Source of the DNA: Naegleria gruberi
Lineage: Eukaryota
Length of the DNA stretch: 64,000 bases
Assembly: GCA_000004985.1 (NCBI GenBank)
Contig: GG738918.1
Direction: 5' to 3' (one strand)
Shown: positions 1-9,745 of the stretch, piece after piece
Layout of the letters: the number at the start of each line of letters is the position of its first letter
Position numbering within the stretch: the first letter of the stretch is position 1
Made by a program: the position numbers and the translations under genes
Notes under the pieces: model-generated
The model's database searches: none
Told to the model about the DNA's origin: nothing
The model's input: the letters and a program-made list of their open reading frames with translations, nothing else

Positions 1-1503
1 GAATGCATTATTGAAAGCATCCTTCTTTGATTTACCTCTTGCTGTTGTAATGTAGGATTCTCCAATTTTGACCACGACTTGGAAATGTGGTTTTGGTTCT
101 GCATCAATAATTTCATATTCCTCACATAGAAATTCTCTCTTTCCAAGATTTAATAAGGTAATAAGAAATACCATTGCTTCCTTTGTTGGAATATTATCAA
201 TGTTAATCTTTGGAAATCCATTTTCCATTTCAGCTTTCTTCTTTGAATTGGATGTTTCAGTATCTTCATTTTCACCTTGCTTGAAATCCTTAATATAATC
301 AGAATATAATGAAGATAGGAACTTGACATTGATTTTCATTTCACTTGGCTGTTTCAAATCATAATGTATTAAATACTCTCTATTTTCTGAATACTTTTGG
401 TGAGCAATATATCTATCCATAAATAATTTAATATCAAATCTTCTCGGTTTAGAAATATAATCATTTCCACATAGAATAAATAAAAAGGTCATATCTGTAA
501 TAATTCTCGATAAATCTTCATCTGATTTAGTTCTACATCGACGAGCAATTTGTTCCTTTAGTTTGGTAACATCATATAATTGATAAAAACCAGGCATATC
601 TTTCACAAGAGTAATATGTCTATTGCGTGGTAAATTGAGAGCATATAAAACAAAATCTGAATCTCCAGAAACAATCAAATCTCTCTTCTCCTCCTTTTTG
701 TGATTGTTTTTCTCTGATGAATAAATATGTTCAAGGATTTTAAACTCTCCCTCACCTTCTCTCCCAGCAGGTGAATGATAGAATGCAAGATTATTATTAA
801 AAGTAGGATTTGTTAGCACCAATGCACCCAATTGCCAAATAACTAGTGAAACTTCTTGCATTAAATTTGTTCCTGGAACAAACCAAACAGAACTAATTGC
901 CTTCTTTTCATTTCTTTCATTAATTACATTTTTCTGAATGAGTTTCAGGTAAATCTTTTGCACTTCAGTGAGAACAATCTCTTCATCCATATCTGATAAA
1001 TTAATAAATGAAACAAACGTATTTCCAGTATTTGTCATTGCACTATTCAAATATCTTCTAACTTTTTGTGTAATTAATTTACTTCTAGGTGCAGGACCAT
1101 CCACAGAAAAGAATAAACTTTCTCTAGCATCAAAATGATTCAAATATCTCATTACTCCCTCCAAAACAACAGAATGAAAAACCATTCTAGTATCTTGTGG
1201 AATTTCTTCATCTTCTCCTTCTATCTTTGTACCATTATCCTTTTCTGTTGTTGAATCTTGTTCCAAAATTGATTCCTTTCCTTGATTCATTACATTTTGA
1301 TGGTATTTCATCCTATTCATTATCTTTCTAGAACCATGTGTTGATTTATACAGCAGAGTATTAAAATCAAAATAAATATTATCATAAACATCCTCTGGTT
1401 TAATTGAATTATTCCTCCTCGTATTATTTAATTCATCTTTTGTGATGATGAAAGATTCTCCGAAGAGAATTGATAAAGTTTTGTAGAATGAATTAATTCC
1501 CAT
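1..1503 (-). CDS. XRN-family 5'-3' exoribonuclease-like protein (catalytic core CR1) with a C-terminal dsRBD-like segment. Partial: it starts at the ATG at 1503 and runs off the window start.
   Basis: A hand translation of the minus strand from the ATG at 1503 is open all the way to position 1. It reads MGINSFYKTLS..YDNIYFDFNTLLYKSTHG..SVDGPAPRSK..QKVRRY..GREGEGEFKI..SGDSDFVLYALNL..CGNDYISKP. These match the conserved acidic motifs of Xrn1/Rat1 (MGxPxFF, DxLYLDMN, IDGVAPRAK, PGEGEHKI, LDADLIML, GNDFLP). Near positions 1-120 the reading is EYEIIDAEPKPHFQVVVKIGESYITTARGKSKKDAFNNAF, which fits the dsRBD consensus (P.H...F.....G.....G.SKK.A...AA). The ORF track does not list this ORF because it is incomplete. 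Confidence 0.6.
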   Translation of the reverse strand, partial: MGINSFYKTLSILFGESFIITKDELNNTRRNNSIKPEDVYDNIYFDFNTLLYKSTHGSRKIMNRMKYHQNVMNQGKESILEQDSTTEKDNGTKIEGEDEEIPQDTRMVFHSVVLEGVMRYLNHFDARESLFFSVDGPAPRSKLITQKVRRYLNSAMTNTGNTFVSFINLSDMDEEIVLTEVQKIYLKLIQKNVINERNEKKAISSVWFVPGTNLMQEVSLVIWQLGALVLTNPTFNNNLAFYHSPAGREGEGEFKILEHIYSSEKNNHKKEEKRDLIVSGDSDFVLYALNLPRNRHITLVKDMPGFYQLYDVTKLKEQIARRCRTKSDEDLSRIITDMTFLFILCGNDYISKPRRFDIKLFMDRYIAHQKYSENREYLIHYDLKQPSEMKINVKFLSSLYSDYIKDFKQGENEDTETSNSKKKAEMENGFPKINIDNIPTKEAMVFLITLLNLGKREFLCEEYEIIDAEPKPHFQVVVKIGESYITTARGKSKKDAFNNAF

Positions 1504-1715
1504 TGTTGTTTGTTTTTCAAAAATTTATTCTCAAAAGATTCAAATTGTTTCTACAGTAGAATCGGAAATTGATTGGATTTTAAAAACAATCAATTTCTTC
1601 AATGTGTTTGAATTAAAACAATTTTTTTTAAAATTTAAAATTTTACAAATTAATTTAATAAATACAGAGTGTGGTGTGATTGTTGTACAGCAAAGAAATA
1701 TAATGGTGTGTTAAA

Positions 1716-3173
1716 TTAATCGTTGAATTGAACAATAATATTAACACCACGATCGGCAATAACTTCAGTATCAGTAGCATAAAGTTCAGTTCCTGTATGG
1801 AATAATTCCTTGACCTTCTTCTTCAAGTTTGGTTCAGTCATTTGTCTGAGAGTTGCAGGTTTAGTCAAATACAAAGTTTGGTCACTAGTCAAATTACGTA
1901 ATGAAGCATTGTTGAATTGAATTGACTTGTCGGTTCTCAAAATATCTCTAAATTCATCCAAAGTAATATCTGATGAACAAGTAATTGTCTTTGAAACACC
2001 AGCAGGACCACATTGCAAACAATCTGGCTTTCTTTCATTCTTATAAGTGAATGTATAAATACCTTCACTTCCGTTAAACATCATGTAATCATCCAAGAAT
2101 GGAGTACAGAAAGTAGCCAATTTGAATGCTTCATTTGTACATGATGAAGCAATAATAGCATTGGTGGAGGCAATAGCAGGAATGATACCCTTGATGACAC
2201 CTTGTGTTAAACGGAATGTAACACCAGCAATACCAAAGTTCTTGGCACGTTCCAAAGACTTTTCATAGATCCATTGAACGTGTCTTGGATTATCACCATC
2301 AACTTGTTCATCATCAGGAATACCTTCCTTTCCTTTACAATTACGCCATTCTTCAATATAACAATATTGAATACAATGTTCAGGAAGACGTGGAGTTGTC
2401 TTTAAAGTACACATTGGATAATTTGTTTCATCAGTAGGGAATAAATCCAAAGTACATTCATAACAAGATGTAACACCTGGCAAGATAACTCTAGATTGTC
2501 CTTTAAAGCCTTCAGTACCACCATCAACCAAGGAAATCATGGAACTCATATCAACTTCAGTCTTTTCATCATCAACATATTGAATCAAAGAGAGGAGAGT
2601 ACTATTGATCCAACGACGAGCTGGAATAGAATCCAAACCAGCAATAATAATTCCAAATGATCTATAGAAATCAACAGACTTTTCTTGGATTGCACAAATG
2701 TGTGCTGTAACTTTAACACCTGGCACTCTTTCATTGACAAATCGAGCAGCAACTTCAGCCTTCATCTTACCAACATCACCATCACGGAACAAAAATTGTC
2801 TATTCAAATTACTTGTACTGATGGTATCCATATCAATGATATCAATATTACGGAAGCCACTCATTGCCAAATTCTTCACCAAATCGCAACCAAGACCACC
2901 AGCTCCAATAATTAAAACTTTGCAAGAATCTTGTAAAAATTGTTTAGTTTCATCACCAGCTTGGAAATCTGCTGGAGCAAATGGACCTGATCTCTTCAAA
3001 ATATAATCAAGATCTTTCCATCTTTCTGCTTCAATTTCAGGAGGGAATGATGTATCTACAACGCTGGCCATTTTTTTTCTATGTATTGAATTGATCAAAC
3101 TTGCAGAGAACTTGAGTTTATTTTTAAATCCAAAGTTGCTGCTTTGAAAGGCTTGGGATGAACTCAACAACAT
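1716..3173 (-). CDS. uba3: NEDD8-activating enzyme E1 catalytic subunit (UBA3). The likely true start is the MASVVD methionine at 3071.
   Basis: It carries the ThiF/MoeB-type E1 fold motifs VLIIGAGGLGCDLVKNLAMSGF..IDMDTISTSNLNRQFLFR, the catalytic Cys region and a C-terminal NEDD8-E1 domain. It aligns along its whole length to UBA3. Confidence 0.85.
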   Translation of the reverse strand: MLLSSSQAFQSSNFGFKNKLKFSASLINSIHRKKMASVVDTSFPPEIEAERWKDLDYILKRSGPFAPADFQAGDETKQFLQDSCKVLIIGAGGLGCDLVKNLAMSGFRNIDIIDMDTISTSNLNRQFLFRDGDVGKMKAEVAARFVNERVPGVKVTAHICAIQEKSVDFYRSFGIIIAGLDSIPARRWINSTLLSLIQYVDDEKTEVDMSSMISLVDGGTEGFKGQSRVILPGVTSCYECTLDLFPTDETNYPMCTLKTTPRLPEHCIQYCYIEEWRNCKGKEGIPDDEQVDGDNPRHVQWIYEKSLERAKNFGIAGVTFRLTQGVIKGIIPAIASTNAIIASSCTNEAFKLATFCTPFLDDYMMFNGSEGIYTFTYKNERKPDCLQCGPAGVSKTITCSSDITLDEFRDILRTDKSIQFNNASLRNLTSDQTLYLTKPATLRQMTEPNLKKKVKELFHTGTELYATDTEVIADRGVNIIVQFND

Positions 3174-4444
3174 TGAGAAATATTGTTGAACACAAGTGAA
3201 ACAATTTACAATGAATGATAGAGAGAGTTGGGGTTTTGAATTTGAATTTGTAATGGTGTGAATTTTTAAAAGAGATGATCAACTTTTGAAGTTATTGCCA
3301 ACAACATATTGTAGTTTTCCAGAAACCATGACATAAATTTTTTCACCTCAACACCGATCATTTTTCCATCTCATCCATGTTGATCGATTAAAATCCATCT
3401 ATTCAATCTGTTTTTTGATCAATCTATCAAACAATCGATCATGATTAATCAACAATTTCAATCATATTGAATAAAGACTTGATGTTATTTGAAAAGGCTC
3501 AATTTTCAACTAATTATCAAAAGATGTTGTTTGATTTCTTGTGATGTTTCAAAATAAAGAACTTTAAAACACAAAAAGTTGTTTTTCCAAGTTGCTTAAA
3601 ATCATGTTAGAAGCCAATCTCCTCCGATGTGGCATTTGAATATAAATTTCTTATAATCCTTTCTGAGCTCAATGACAGAGGGTTGCTCCCTTTTTCCAAG
3701 AATATGTCAAGTGCTCACTCTTGATTTTAATTTGGGATATGGATATTGCAATATTACATAAGAGTGTTGGTTCTTGGTTAATGATTGCTTACACAAGTTT
3801 GGACGTTGTTGCTCCTGAACATGTGGTTTTGTTCAAAGAACACCTTATCAAATTTGCTTTCATTCTCTCCCTTTGTCATTAATTAAGGCAGTGAATACTG
3901 GAAACCTTTTTTCAAGTGTTGTATTTATCATGTCAAGTTCTTGAGAAACTCGATTGATGTAGTAGAAGATCCACTAGTAATTCAGTAAGATACAAATCTA
4001 TCTAAGTTGTAACCCAGCATTTCTTCGAAAATGTCGAATTCATTGTAAAGAAATTAAAACATTCAAACTTAATGAATCGTTCACGATACCACCCCCACTT
4101 GATATGGAATTAAGTAATACCAATAAGGTGATTTTCAAGACACTCTATACTGACATCCAACCAAGGGTTGATTTAAAATGAAAAAAGGAGCAATTTGGAG
4201 AAGCCATTTCCAAGCTTAGTGATATAATTTAATTAAGGGAGAATGAAATCTGTGACTCTAAAAATAATTGAAAAACCAAAAAACAACTCTCAAAAAGGCA
4301 AGAAAAAAATCAAACCTGAACTGGAAGAACAAAAGAAATCATCAAAATCAAAGTCTCAAGCTCAGTTCAATGAGGATTTCGAGATATCTGATGAAAACAT
4401 TGATAGATCGATCGATTGATCGATCAATTAATTGATAAAATTCT

Positions 4445-6961
4445 ATGTTTCATCCATTCAATCGATCATTTTCCATCTCGATCAATCATCGATGGGTAAA
4501 AAAAATCCATCTAAAAATTTATGTCATGGTTTCTCCAAGATCAAAAAAAATGCCAAGATCATCCACTCCAACCAAAAGGAAAACCATTCAACAGCCATTA
4601 ATATTTCAACCCACTTTGAAGAAAACTAAATCATCCGAAACAACGTTGAATTCTCCTATTACTATTAGTGATGATGGTGAGAATGAGGATTTATTGTTAT
4701 CAGCTGATGGAGATCAAGCACATGATGATGATATTGAAATATCAACAGAGACTGTTTCGGATTCATCAAGCAAATATTCAATTATTAGAACACCTATTAA
4801 TGATTCATCGACAGTGGATGAATTGGGATTGGAAAGTGTTGAAGCTCATGAACTTCAACAATATTTCAATGCTGAGAAATATTTAGCTAAAGAAAAAGGT
4901 AAATGTAAAAAGATTTATTGCATAGATAGAGGATCTTCATTTACAAAGGGTAACAAGTTTGATATTTTAGAAAAGAGAGTCAAACCAACTATATTAAAAT
5001 TTGGACATAAGGAAAAGACACAATTTTTACCTTCTCAAACATTTTACAATTTACAAAAAGGTCAAGTGAAGATGGGTAAATTTGAGGTTAGTAATGAATG
5101 GGAAGAATTGGAAAATTTGAAAAAGATATTCATGGTGAGTGAGTTATTGGAAATTGGATTAAAATCTGAGAAGAAGAAACTTAGAGTATCTCACATTATT
5201 TATTTAATGATTAGAGATTTAATATCTCAATTATTAACAACTAAAAAACAAGATTCTAATTATTTGGAAGGTATTGGTGCATGGATATTTACATGTCCAT
5301 CAGGAACAAGTGTATTTACTAAATTAATATTTAGAAATTGTATATTTAAAGCATATAATAGTTTAAACATTAATGAAAATAATCCATTACAAATAGATGA
5401 CATATATGTTATTGAGGAATGTACATTATTGAAATATTTTGCCAACAATCAAGAAAAAACATCTACAATGTTTGTTGATTTGGGTCATTTAACACTTGAT
5501 GTCGTTGTGATGGATTTAATTGATGGTGAATATATTGTAACATTTAAAAATGGTGAATCTAGTGGAATGTCACTCATACATCAATTATTAAAAGATAATG
5601 GATTAGATTCAATTAAGGAAATGGAAAATTTATTTGATAATTATCATGATTCTAATGAATTACCACCATCTTTATTACCTCTTAAAAATCAAATTGATGA
5701 AACATTGAAAACTATTACAAAACCTCTATGTATGATGATATTACAAAAGCAAGTAGATTCTATTCACTTTTCAGGTGCTATTACACGAGTTGCTTATTTT
5801 CAAAGAAAATTACAAGAAAATATTAGTTATGTACGTTTACAAAATATTAAGAATGAGCTACTTCCATATTTAAAAGAAGAATTCAAGAATAGAGATATAC
5901 CTATTATTGAATTTTTATGTGAAACTACAGGTGAAAGTGCTTTACTATCAGGTGCAGAAGAAATGATTAATTGTTCTTTAATGAAAATTTCACAAAATGA
6001 ACTCGATTGTAATGTTCCAATTATATTTAAGGAGAAATCTATTAGTGAACAAGTACTTAGTGAACCCTCAATATCATCAATACCAGAAATGAATGAACAA
6101 ACACTACCAACTACTATTGATTGTTTATTATCATCTATTAGTTATAATGACAGTAATAATATTGAGCAGTATGTACCTGCCATGCTATTTGACCATTGCA
6201 ATAGTGGAAGGGTCGAAAAAAAAATGTTATTGGGAAATGTTTTACTAGACATGAATATTAAACAAGATACTGAAATATTTTTAATCAAGTTTAGTCCACT
6301 CATTGATACTAAATTAATATCAACTATTGATTATGAAAATTTTGAAAAAGTGGGAATTATTGAATTCATTAGATTTACCAATTTAATCATTTGTTTTGAT
6401 TGTAATCACATTAAAACTACTACCAATTTACACTTTTATATGAAGTTGGATTTGGAAGATGATTTCTTATTAGTTAGAATTTATTATACTAAAGGTAAAT
6501 CCTTTTTTAAAACTATTACACGAATTGAAAGAAAAGGAAGAAATGAAAGAATTTCCATTAATGATTCTGCTCAACTAATTTTTAAAACAAAAGAAGATGA
6601 AGTAAGAACATGGTATGGTGTATATTATGATACTTTGAGTATTGTATCCAGTTTTTCAAGTATTTCCATTAAATATGCAGAATTAGAAAACGAAATTGGA
6701 GTTGAAAAAGCAAAGGGATTACATGTTGGTAGCAAGCAGCTATCTATTCCAAGTATTGGATCAAAAGATAAGGAATTTGTAAGAAAACACCTTTCTAAAT
6801 GTTCTGTTTGTCAATGCGAAATTAAGAAGGTGCATGCTTGTATTTCTTATAACAAACTACCAATATTTAGAAAAGTATTTGATGATAATTCCATTAATCT
6901 TGGAAATTGTTGTAGTCCTTGTTATAGAATCTATAATGATTTAAAAAAGGAAGAAAAATAG
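4445..6961 (+). CDS. HSPA12-like atypical Hsp70/actin-fold (ASKHA) protein, with degenerate phosphate-binding loops and a Cys-rich C-terminal motif.
   Basis: IYCIDRGSSFTKGNKF resembles the HSPA12 phosphate-1 motif AIDFGTTSSGYA. FVDLGHLTLDVVVMDLIDGEYIVTFKNGESSGMSLIHQLL resembles the HSPA12 phosphate-2/connect motif VVDCGGGTVDLTVHQI..LYKASGGPYGSLGVD. The conserved glycines are replaced (DRGSS, DLGHLT). The C-terminus has a CSVCQCEIKKVHAC...CCSPC cysteine cluster. The true start is probably downstream, at MVSPRSKK (4526) or MPRSS. Confidence 0.45.
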   Translation: MFHPFNRSFSISINHRWVKKIHLKIYVMVSPRSKKMPRSSTPTKRKTIQQPLIFQPTLKKTKSSETTLNSPITISDDGENEDLLLSADGDQAHDDDIEISTETVSDSSSKYSIIRTPINDSSTVDELGLESVEAHELQQYFNAEKYLAKEKGKCKKIYCIDRGSSFTKGNKFDILEKRVKPTILKFGHKEKTQFLPSQTFYNLQKGQVKMGKFEVSNEWEELENLKKIFMVSELLEIGLKSEKKKLRVSHIIYLMIRDLISQLLTTKKQDSNYLEGIGAWIFTCPSGTSVFTKLIFRNCIFKAYNSLNINENNPLQIDDIYVIEECTLLKYFANNQEKTSTMFVDLGHLTLDVVVMDLIDGEYIVTFKNGESSGMSLIHQLLKDNGLDSIKEMENLFDNYHDSNELPPSLLPLKNQIDETLKTITKPLCMMILQKQVDSIHFSGAITRVAYFQRKLQENISYVRLQNIKNELLPYLKEEFKNRDIPIIEFLCETTGESALLSGAEEMINCSLMKISQNELDCNVPIIFKEKSISEQVLSEPSISSIPEMNEQTLPTTIDCLLSSISYNDSNNIEQYVPAMLFDHCNSGRVEKKMLLGNVLLDMNIKQDTEIFLIKFSPLIDTKLISTIDYENFEKVGIIEFIRFTNLIICFDCNHIKTTTNLHFYMKLDLEDDFLLVRIYYTKGKSFFKTITRIERKGRNERISINDSAQLIFKTKEDEVRTWYGVYYDTLSIVSSFSSISIKYAELENEIGVEKAKGLHVGSKQLSIPSIGSKDKEFVRKHLSKCSVCQCEIKKVHACISYNKLPIFRKVFDDNSINLGNCCSPCYRIYNDLKKEEK

Positions 6962-7074
6962 TAAATGAATTTATTTCTTTTTCACTTTCTAATAACTTCA
7001 TAGTGTGGATGATTTCAGAATTAAAAATCAATATCAGACTTGGCATTAAGAATGGTTTTGACAAAAAACAATTC

Positions 7075-9525
7075 TCAATTTCCAGACAGGTTGTTAATGT
7101 GATTCTTATAGATAGAGATTAGTTCTAAAACTTGTCTAACTTCTTGGAAGTTGATAGTGTTGTGAGTAGTTGATGGATTTTCACGATTACTAAATGAGAG
7201 ATTTCTCCAATAATTTGCAACATTAACATCTGCACAATTTTGTTCCTTTCTAAACTTTTTCAAATTATAGAAGAGTCCAACAAGATTCCCTCTAAGGTAT
7301 TTCTTTGCAGTCTCATTGAATTGTTTGATATCTTGTTCAATAGATAAAAGTTGCTCATTGTAAAAAATGTTGATGGATTGGCAGAGTTCTATGTATATAT
7401 TTTTGAATTGTGAAAATGGTTTGGTGAAGAGGGGATTGAGATTGTTCACTAAATGATCTTCATTCACTTGATTAGAGAATTTACTTTGCATGATGGATGA
7501 AACTATTCTTGTATCATTATATTTTGATGAGGTCAACTCGTATGGAGGATTTTCTAGAACATACTTGTCCAGTTTTGAGACTAAATAATTGACATTACAC
7601 AATCTGAGAGAGGGAATATTTGAGTGAAGAGATGACTTCAATATAAAACATTTGTATGGTTGTTTGAAATTGACAAACTCTAGTCCTTCATATTCGAGGG
7701 GTGAGAACTTTTCAAAATCATTCACAAAATCCTGAAGGTCCAAAAATCCTATATCTGAATATGATTTAACAAAGTCGTTCCAATTATATTTTGTAGAAAA
7801 ATCAATCCAATTTTCATATTCCATCATAGATTCTAGATTTCTACTCCCACAATAAATAATTCTATTACTATTTTTCTGATAAATGAAGAAAAAGTTCAAC
7901 ATTTGATCTTCATGGGATGGATACTTCATTCCAATTCTTTCAAACAGATTTTCAAATTCCTGTTCAGTTTGACTCATATCAAAATTCTTGAGAATCCATT
8001 TGGAAATCCAATTGTCCTTTTCATCATCAAAGACAAACCTCCACTCACCAGAATAAAAGAAAAGCGAACACCTTATCCCAACTGGCCTTTCTAGAATTTG
8101 AATTGAGCTCATGTCAATATCTGAAAAATAGTCACTACCAACTTTTTCTAGTATGAAATTATAATCCATAGCATAGAATCTAGGAACACATACAGGAGTG
8201 TAAACTATCTTTCCATTATCATCAATATTATAAGATAGTACTGTTCCATTACATTCCAAGTAGGACCTACATTCTAAGAAAAGTTTACACAATTCTAAGG
8301 AAATATATTCCATATCACAATCTATCTTGAATAGTTGAGAACTATTAGGATTAAGATGCTCCTCTTTGGATCTAATAATTGGTGTCACATTCACTGAAAG
8401 TAATCTCATCAAGCTGTATGGACCGTATTTGTAGTGGTGTGAAAAGTCTAGTTCATAATTATGCTCTACAACCATTATTAATTCACTAAACAGTGGATTA
8501 TCCTTTTCAAAGCCTGAAGAATATGTATTCAGGAAGTTTTGAATACCCAATGAACTATTGCTTTCTGAGTTTTTACATTTGAAAAGGGCATCTTTGATAA
8601 TATTCTTCAGATCATCTTTTAATTGTTCCTTCCATGTCTTATAGAGTGCATCACTAATTTGTTTATACTCATTCCAAGAACTAAATGAATCAGTATGAAA
8701 TACAATGCTGTCATAGAGTTTGTTAGTTTCGGTATAATCATATATAATACCTGAATTAACAAATTGATAAGCATATTTCGAGTATCTAATACCATGAGCT
8801 AGGTTTTTCTTCACCTTCTTTAGAGTACTTTTCCTTTCACTTTCATCCTTGCAAAGTTTGTTCTCCAAAACATTCCAAAATCTAAATGCCTTATTAAAGC
8901 AATGATGAAGCTCGTGAAGGAATGAATTTTTAGTTCTAGAAATTCTCAAAAACCACAAACTCCAATGATGCCTCCATAATTTCATCTTTTCATCCTCAAA
9001 CAGAACAAATGATGAATTTGGTTGCAGAACAGATAGCATGAATATTGGCAATTGTAAATAAACATGGTCCACAAAGAATGAAGTTTCCATAATGTGCACT
9101 TCCATATCGTATTCCTTCTCTTCTAATTTACCCTCCTCATCATCACAATTACACTTAATAGAGCTTTTCAATAAATATTGTAAATTATTAGAATATCTCG
9201 TTTCATAATCAATACAATGAGAGTAAAAATCATCAACAATCATTATTAAATCAAAATCAGAATCGTTTACATTGGTTTTTGAAACTCTTGATCCGAACAC
9301 GTAAATTCCTCTAATCGAATCATCACGATATAAAACCTTGTCCTTCAACAAGCCTTCTTCAGAAATTGTAATAAAATTGCGAATATGATAAATTAATTCA
9401 TCACTTGAGAAGGGAAATTTAAATTGATTTTCATGGAAATGATGTGATTGCCAATATTGACTCGGTCCAGTACTCTCTTTATCATAACGGAAATTATTAA
9501 TGGTGCATTTTGGAAATTGTTGCAT
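7075..9525 (-). CDS. Large (816 aa) protein with an N-terminal Pol-beta/Cid1-GLD2-like nucleotidyltransferase motif and a ~600 aa uncharacterised C-terminal region.
   Basis: The N-terminus reads GIYVFGSRVSKTNVNDSDFDLIMIVDD, the [F/Y]GS...SD[FI]D[LI] signature of non-canonical poly(A) polymerases/TUTases and other Pol-beta-fold NTases. A candidate third acidic residue (YDMEVHIME) lies about 55 aa downstream. I recognise no other domain. Confidence 0.4.
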   Translation of the reverse strand: MQQFPKCTINNFRYDKESTGPSQYWQSHHFHENQFKFPFSSDELIYHIRNFITISEEGLLKDKVLYRDDSIRGIYVFGSRVSKTNVNDSDFDLIMIVDDFYSHCIDYETRYSNNLQYLLKSSIKCNCDDEEGKLEEKEYDMEVHIMETSFFVDHVYLQLPIFMLSVLQPNSSFVLFEDEKMKLWRHHWSLWFLRISRTKNSFLHELHHCFNKAFRFWNVLENKLCKDESERKSTLKKVKKNLAHGIRYSKYAYQFVNSGIIYDYTETNKLYDSIVFHTDSFSSWNEYKQISDALYKTWKEQLKDDLKNIIKDALFKCKNSESNSSLGIQNFLNTYSSGFEKDNPLFSELIMVVEHNYELDFSHHYKYGPYSLMRLLSVNVTPIIRSKEEHLNPNSSQLFKIDCDMEYISLELCKLFLECRSYLECNGTVLSYNIDDNGKIVYTPVCVPRFYAMDYNFILEKVGSDYFSDIDMSSIQILERPVGIRCSLFFYSGEWRFVFDDEKDNWISKWILKNFDMSQTEQEFENLFERIGMKYPSHEDQMLNFFFIYQKNSNRIIYCGSRNLESMMEYENWIDFSTKYNWNDFVKSYSDIGFLDLQDFVNDFEKFSPLEYEGLEFVNFKQPYKCFILKSSLHSNIPSLRLCNVNYLVSKLDKYVLENPPYELTSSKYNDTRIVSSIMQSKFSNQVNEDHLVNNLNPLFTKPFSQFKNIYIELCQSINIFYNEQLLSIEQDIKQFNETAKKYLRGNLVGLFYNLKKFRKEQNCADVNVANYWRNLSFSNRENPSTTHNTINFQEVRQVLELISIYKNHINNLSGN

Positions 9526-9745
9526 TTTTTTTTAATAATTAATTTCAATATTTTATTTAAGGAAAGATTACAACAAGTATTATACGATATTATTTAGAGA
9601 TGATAATTATTCTGTAAGGAATATTTAGGGGAGTGTTTTCAATAGTGAATTTTTCTTTTTAGAGGCGGAAATTAAAGACTTGAAAAATGGCGGGAAAACT
9701 ATTAAGGATTAGTTTTTGTGCAAATTATCCAAAAATAAGAAATGA

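Noticed and set aside
68-298. 76-aa ORF on the plus strand
   Set aside because: It lies antisense to, and wholly inside, the XRN-like coding region. It is hydrophobic, with no homology. It looks like a chance ORF.
2685-3006. Two overlapping plus-strand ORFs (76 and 102 aa)
   Set aside because: They are antisense to the conserved uba3 coding sequence and look spurious.
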